Positions 59,310 to 64,000 of a DNA stretch of 64,000 bases are shown in pieces. Every line of letters begins with the position of its first letter. Position 1 is the first letter of the stretch. Location of the stretch: assembly GCA_026984375.1 (NCBI GenBank), contig JALSSF010000064.1, positions 88 through 64,087 on the forward strand. The letters are read 5' to 3'. The notes under the pieces were generated by a model. It did not search any database, was not told the origin of the DNA, and saw nothing but the letters and a program-made list of their open reading frames with translations. The translations under genes and the position numbers were made by a program. The stretch is from Methylothermaceae bacterium (GTDB lineage Bacteria; Pseudomonadota; Gammaproteobacteria; Methylococcales; Methylothermaceae).

Positions 59310-61400
59310 TTACCGCTTCTTCGGCTGGGGTATCCCTTTCATGCTCAGGCGTACCCGGCCCTGGCGGTCGATTTCCAGGACCTTGACCCGAACCACGTCC
59401 CCTTCCTTGAGCACGTCGCGGACGTTCTCCAGCCGCCCTTCGGTGATCTGGGAGATGTGCAGCAGACCGTCACGGCCGGGAAGGATGTTGACGAAGGCGC
59501 CGAAGTCCATGATCCGCACCACCTTGCCTTCGTAAACCTTGCCCACTTCCACGTCGGCGACGATCTCCTCGATGCGGCGCCGGGCCTCCTGGCCGGCCTG
59601 CTTGTCCACCGAGGCGATCTTGACCACACCGTCGTCGCTGATGTCGATGCTGACGCCGGTCTCGTCGGTGATGCTGCGGATGGTGGCCCCGCCCTTGCCG
59701 ATGACGTCGCGGATCTTGCTGGGATCGATGCGGAACGAAGTGATCCGAGGGGCGTAGTCGGACATCTCCGCCCGCGGCTCGGCCAATACGGCGTTCATCT
59801 TGTCGAGGATGTGGAAACGGCCGCGCTTGGCCTGCTCCAGGGCCTGTCCCATGATCTCGGGGGTGATGCCCTCGATCTTGATGTCCATCTGCAGGGCGGT
59901 GACCCCGGCAGCGGTGCCGGCGACCTTGAAGTCCATGTCGCCCAGATGGTCCTCGTCCCCCATGATGTCGGACAGCACCGCGTACCGTTCACCTTCCTTG
60001 ATCAGGCCCATGGCGATACCGGCCACCGGCGCCTTGATCGGCACCCCGGCGTCCATCAGCGCCAGGCTGGTGCCGCAGACGCTGGCCATGGAGCTGGAAC
60101 CGTTGGACTCGGTGATCTCCGACACCACCCGGATGACGTAGGGGAATTCCTCCTCCGACGGCATCACCGCCTGGATCGCCCGCTTGGCCAATCGGCCGTG
60201 GCCGATCTCACGGCGCTTGGGCGATCCCACGAAACCCACCTCGCCGACGCAGAAGGGTGGGAAGTTGTAGTGGAGCATGAAGGATTCGAAATACTCCCCT
60301 TCGATGGCGTCGATCAACTGAGCGTCCCGGCCGGTCCCCAGGGTGGCGATCACCAGGGCCTGGGTCTCGCCGCGGGTGAACAGGGCCGAGCCGTGGGTAC
60401 GCGGCAGCACGCTGGTGCGGATGTGGATCGGACGGATGTCCTCCAGCCCGCGGCCGTCGATCCGCACCCGGTCCTGAAGGATGCGGTCGCGCACCAGCTT
60501 CTTCTCCAGCGTTTCCAACGCCGCTTTCACCGCCGCCGGCTCGAAGCGTTCGTCGGCGGTGAGCGCCTCCACCACCGATTTGCGGATTTCCTTGAGCTTG
60601 AGGGAGCGTTCCTTCTTGGAACGGATCTGGTAGGCCACCAGCAAGGCGTCCTTGGCGTGGGATTCCACCCGGGATTCCAGTTCGGGATCGGGTTCGGGCG
60701 GCCGCCATTCCCACGGCTCGACGCCCACTTCCGCCGCCAGCTCCCGGATGGCCCGGATCGCCGTCTGCATCTGTTCGTGGCCGAACAGGACCGCCCCGAG
60801 CATCACGTCTTCCGGCAGTTCCTTGGCCTCGGACTCTACCATGAGGACGGCGTTTTCGGTGCCGGCCACCACCAGATCGAGTTGAGAAGCCTCCAGTTGG
60901 CTCAAGGTTGGATTGAGCAAGTATCGGCCACCCTGGTAACCGACTCGGGCGGCGCCGATGGGGCCGTGGAAGGGCAGACCGGAAAGGGCCAGCGCCGCCG
61001 ACGCCCCGATCAACGCCGGAATGTCGCCGTCCACCTCGGGGTTGGAGGACAGCACCGTGGCGATGATCTGGACCTCGTGGTGGAAACCGTCGGGAAACAG
61101 GGGGCGGATCGGCCGGTCGATCAGGCGCGAGGTCAGGGTTTCCTTCTCCGAAGGACGCCCCTCGCGCTTGAAGAAGCCGCCGGGGATACGGCCGGCGGCG
61201 TAGGCCTTTTCCTGATAGTTGACGGTCAGGGGGAAGAAATCGGTGCCCGGGGCGGCTTCCCGGCTGCCCACCGCGGTCACCAGGACGACGGTGCCGTCCA
61301 TGTTGACCATGACGGCACCGTCGGCCTGGCGGGCGATTTCCCCGGTTTCCATGACGACCTCACGGTCGCCGTAGCGGAATGTCTTGCGAATCGCTTTCAT
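59310..61400 (-). CDS. pnp: Polyribonucleotide nucleotidyltransferase
   Basis: [42 protein letters not shown] and S1 domains. Confidence 0.98.
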   Translation of the reverse strand: MKAIRKTFRYGDREVVMETGEIARQADGAVMVNMDGTVVLVTAVGSREAAPGTDFFPLTVNYQEKAYAAGRIPGGFFKREGRPSEKETLTSRLIDRPIRPLFPDGFHHEVQIIATVLSSNPEVDGDIPALIGASAALALSGLPFHGPIGAARVGYQGGRYLLNPTLSQLEASQLDLVVAGTENAVLMVESEAKELPEDVMLGAVLFGHEQMQTAIRAIRELAAEVGVEPWEWRPPEPDPELESRVESHAKDALLVAYQIRSKKERSLKLKEIRKSVVEALTADERFEPAAVKAALETLEKKLVRDRILQDRVRIDGRGLEDIRPIHIRTSVLPRTHGSALFTRGETQALVIATLGTGRDAQLIDAIEGEYFESFMLHYNFPPFCVGEVGFVGSPKRREIGHGRLAKRAIQAVMPSEEEFPYVIRVVSEITESNGSSSMASVCGTSLALMDAGVPIKAPVAGIAMGLIKEGERYAVLSDIMGDEDHLGDMDFKVAGTAAGVTALQMDIKIEGITPEIMGQALEQAKRGRFHILDKMNAVLAEPRAEMSDYAPRITSFRIDPSKIRDVIGKGGATIRSITDETGVSIDISDDGVVKIASVDKQAGQEARRRIEEIVADVEVGKVYEGKVVRIMDFGAFVNILPGRDGLLHISQITEGRLENVRDVLKEGDVVRVKVLEIDRQGRVRLSMKGIPQPKKR

Positions 61401-61408
61401 AGAATGAA

Positions 61409-61678
61409 TTACTTGCGTAGTCCTAGACGTTCGATCAGGGAACGGTAACGATCGATGTCCTTGTTTTTGAGGTAGTTCAGCAGTTTGCGGCGCTGGTTCA
61501 CCAGCCGCAGCAAGCCGCGGCGCGAATGGATGTCTTTCTTGTGCTTCTGGAAATGAGGCGTCAGTTGATTGATGCGGGCGGTTAACAGGGCCACCTGCAC
61601 CTCCGGGGAACCGGTGTCCCCTTCGCTGCGCTGGTACTCCTGCATGATCCGGCGTTTTTCTTCAGCGGTCAACGGCAT
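61409..61678 (-). CDS. rpsO: 30S ribosomal protein S15
   Basis: [13 protein letters not shown]...[18 protein letters not shown]. Confidence 0.98.
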   Translation of the reverse strand: MPLTAEEKRRIMQEYQRSEGDTGSPEVQVALLTARINQLTPHFQKHKKDIHSRRGLLRLVNQRRKLLNYLKNKDIDRYRSLIERLGLRK

Positions 61679-61712
61679 GATGACTTCTCCTATGTTGATG
61701 GTTTGAAAGTGC

Positions 61713-62627
61713 TTACGTTTTGGACAGTTTGAACAAACGGCGCGGGGCAACCCGACCATCATCGAGTACCTCACCCACGCCCAGGAACGCTCCATCGCGA
61801 TTATACAGCCGCACCCATCCCTGTGCCTGCAATTTGGGGATCAGCACCGGCTGGCCCCGCAGGACGTAGAAAGTCATCTCGTCACCGAGACGGACGGCGG
61901 GCCAGGAAGTCACCGCGGCATCGATGGGAAGCAGCAGCTGACGCCGTTGCGCCAGGGGCATGGCTTCCAGACGCTCCAGGGTGACCGCCCGCTCGATGTC
62001 GAAATCGCCCACCCGGGTGCGGCGCAGCCGTTCCACGTGTCCCAGCGTCCCCAGCGCCTTGGCGATGTCTTCGGCCAGGGTGCGGATGAAGGTCCCCTTG
62101 GAGCAGAACACTTCCAGTTCCAGCCAATCGGGACCGAAGTCGAGCAGCTGCAACTCGTAAAGGCGGACCCGCCGCGGCGGCCGTTCCACTTCGATTCCCT
62201 GGCGCGCCAGGTCGTAAAGGCGCCTGCCCTGCTGTTTGAGCGCCGAATACATCGGCGGGATCTGTTCGATCTCACCGCGGAACCGCTCCAAAACCCGCTC
62301 GATTCCGAACCGGTCCAGCGCCGGCACCGGAGCGCGCTCCAGGATCTCCCCCTCGGCATCGCCGGTGGCGGTGGCCACGCCGAGGCGGACCCGCACCCGG
62401 TAGCGCTTGTCGCCGCCCAGCAGGAAAGGGGAGATCTTGGTGGCCTCGCCGCAGCAGATCGGCAGCAGGCCGGTGGCGATGGGATCGAGACTGCCGGTGT
62501 GGCCGGCCTTGCGCGCCGCCAGCAGCCTTTTGGCCTTCTGCAGGGCCTGATTGGAGGTCAGGCCCGGCGATTTGTCCAACAACAGGATGCCGTCGATGGC
62601 ATCCCCCTTGCGTCTGGGTTTATTCAT
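61713..62627 (-). CDS. truB: tRNA pseudouridine(55) synthase
   Basis: [27 protein letters not shown]. Confidence 0.97.
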   Translation of the reverse strand: MNKPRRKGDAIDGILLLDKSPGLTSNQALQKAKRLLAARKAGHTGSLDPIATGLLPICCGEATKISPFLLGGDKRYRVRVRLGVATATGDAEGEILERAPVPALDRFGIERVLERFRGEIEQIPPMYSALKQQGRRLYDLARQGIEVERPPRRVRLYELQLLDFGPDWLELEVFCSKGTFIRTLAEDIAKALGTLGHVERLRRTRVGDFDIERAVTLERLEAMPLAQRRQLLLPIDAAVTSWPAVRLGDEMTFYVLRGQPVLIPKLQAQGWVRLYNRDGAFLGVGEVLDDGRVAPRRLFKLSKT

Positions 62628-62982
62628 CCTTGGGTTCTTCCTTCTTCAGTTCGTCCAACAGCTGGGTGATGCGCATGCCGCGTTCGATGGCGGTATCCCG
62701 GAAGAAACGCAGTTCGGGAATCTGGCGGATGTGGAGACGCCTGCCCAGTTCCCGGCGCAGAAACGGCGCCGCCCCCTGGAGGATCTCCAAGGCGGTGTCG
62801 ATCTGGGCCATGTCGAGGGTAGAGACGTAGATCTTGGCCACCGACAGGTCGCGGCTGACTTCGACGTCGTCCACCGTCACCCACCCCAGGCGCGGGTCCT
62901 TGATCTCGTGGCGGATCAGATCGGACAGTTCACGCTGCAGCTGGGAAGCGACCCGCTGGCAGCGTTCGTAGTCTCTGGCCAT
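62620..62982 (-). CDS. rbfA: Ribosome-binding factor A
   Basis: IKDPRL..VTV..VEVS.DLS.AK.Y, PELRF..D. Confidence 0.96.
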   Translation of the reverse strand: MARDYERCQRVASQLQRELSDLIRHEIKDPRLGWVTVDDVEVSRDLSVAKIYVSTLDMAQIDTALEILQGAAPFLRRELGRRLHIRQIPELRFFRDTAIERGMRITQLLDELKKEEPKDE

Positions 62983-62985
62983 GAA

Positions 62986-64000
62986 TCAGTCCTCCGCCTC
63001 CACTTCGACCCGCTCGTAGACCTCGATCAGATCGCCGACGCGGACGTCGTTGTAGTTCCTGACACCGATACCGCATTCCATGCCGGCCTTGACCTCGGCC
63101 ACGTCCTCCTTGAAGCGGCGCAGCGACTCCAATTGGCCTTCGAAGATCACCACGTTGTCGCGCAGCACCCGGATCGGCAGGTTGCGGCGCACCACGCCTT
63201 CCTTGACCATACAGCCGGCGATCTGGCCGAACTTGGGATGGCGGAACACCTGACGCACCTCGGCCACGCCGACGATGCGTTCCTTCATCTCCGGCGCCAG
63301 CATGCCCTTGATCGACTTCTTGACGTCGTCGATGACGTCGTAGATCACGCTGTAGTAGCGGATCTCCACCCCCCGTTCCTCCGCCAGCCGGCGGGCGCTG
63401 GCATCGGCGCGGACGTTGAAGCCGATGATGATGGCGTTGGAGGTCAGCGCCAGGTTGACGTCCCCCTCGTTGATGCCGCCCACACCCCCGGAAACCACGT
63501 TGACCCGCACCTTGTCGGTAGAAAGTTTCACCAGGGCGTCGCGCAGCGCCTCCAGGCTGCCGTGGACGTCCGCCTTGACGACGAGGTTGAGATCGACCAC
63601 CTCGCCCTCTTCCATCTTTTCGAACACCTGTTCCAGCTTGGCCGCCTGCTGAGCCGCCATCCGTTTGGCCTTGGTCTTCTCGGCCCGCAGCTCGGCGATC
63701 TGTTTGGCGGTCTTTTCGTCCTTGAGAGCGATCAGATCGTCGCCGGCGTTGGGCACTCCCGACAGGCCGAGGATCTCCACCGGCGTCGAGGGACCGGCCT
63801 CCTTGACCTGGCGGCCGTTCTCGTCGAACATGGCGCGCACCCGGCCGTACTGCTCACCGCAGACCACCGCATCGCCACGCTTCAGGGTGCCGGCCTGGAT
63901 CAAGACGTCGGCCACCGGTCCCCGGCCCCGGTCGAGGCGGGCTTCGAGCACCACCCCGCGGGCGCTGCCCTTGGTGGGCGCCTTCAACTCCAGCAGCTCG
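62986..64000 (-). CDS. infB: Translation initiation factor IF-2 (C-terminal part; 5' end outside the window)
   Basis: [41 protein letters not shown]. Confidence 0.97.
   Translation of the reverse strand, partial: ELLELKAPTKGSARGVVLEARLDRGRGPVADVLIQAGTLKRGDAVVCGEQYGRVRAMFDENGRQVKEAGPSTPVEILGLSGVPNAGDDLIALKDEKTAKQIAELRAEKTKAKRMAAQQAAKLEQVFEKMEEGEVVDLNLVVKADVHGSLEALRDALVKLSTDKVRVNVVSGGVGGINEGDVNLALTSNAIIIGFNVRADASARRLAEERGVEIRYYSVIYDVIDDVKKSIKGMLAPEMKERIVGVAEVRQVFRHPKFGQIAGCMVKEGVVRRNLPIRVLRDNVVIFEGQLESLRRFKEDVAEVKAGMECGIGVRNYNDVRVGDLIEVYERVEVEAED

Overview
High-GC gammaproteobacterial chromosome segment. The gene content (N-ATPase, norCB, moeA, hsp20 pair) resembles Methylococcales, but this is inference only. 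Bases 1452-39515 are an apparently complete 38,064-bp Mu-like transposable prophage with a non-contractile-type tail. It has TG...CA ends, a 5-bp target duplication TTTGG (1447-1451 and 39516-39520) and repeated transposase-binding sites. It inserted into the last codons of the tyrosine integrase of a second, outer element integrated at tRNA-Arg(UCU), which extends left of the window. The best candidates for undescribed biology are prophage accessory loci: (i) a MuF head protein with a C-terminal PBECR-type RNase domain and no immunity ORF, faced by a convergent ~125-nt structured RNA with its own -10 box and intrinsic terminator; (ii) an XRE / ImmA-IrrE metallopeptidase pair followed by a 160-nt structured leader that hides the Shine-Dalgarno of an unannotated 45-aa ORF; (iii) a stand-alone HsdR-N-type nuclease; (iv) a sulfotransferase translationally coupled inside the tail operon; (v) a 61-bp repeat pair in inverted orientation at accessory-gene junctions. 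Right of the prophage are tRNA-Arg and tRNA-Pro, a YheT-like hydrolase, two sigma32-type hsp20 genes, moeA, an N-ATPase operon lacking atpR, a DUF4258/DUF2283 TA pair, norCB, a decayed MacAB-like efflux operon, a hybrid kinase plus HDOD-REC-GGDEF pair, and pnp-rpsO-truB-rbfA-infB (infB partial). All family assignments are by eye from motifs and synteny; no database searches or folding programs were run.
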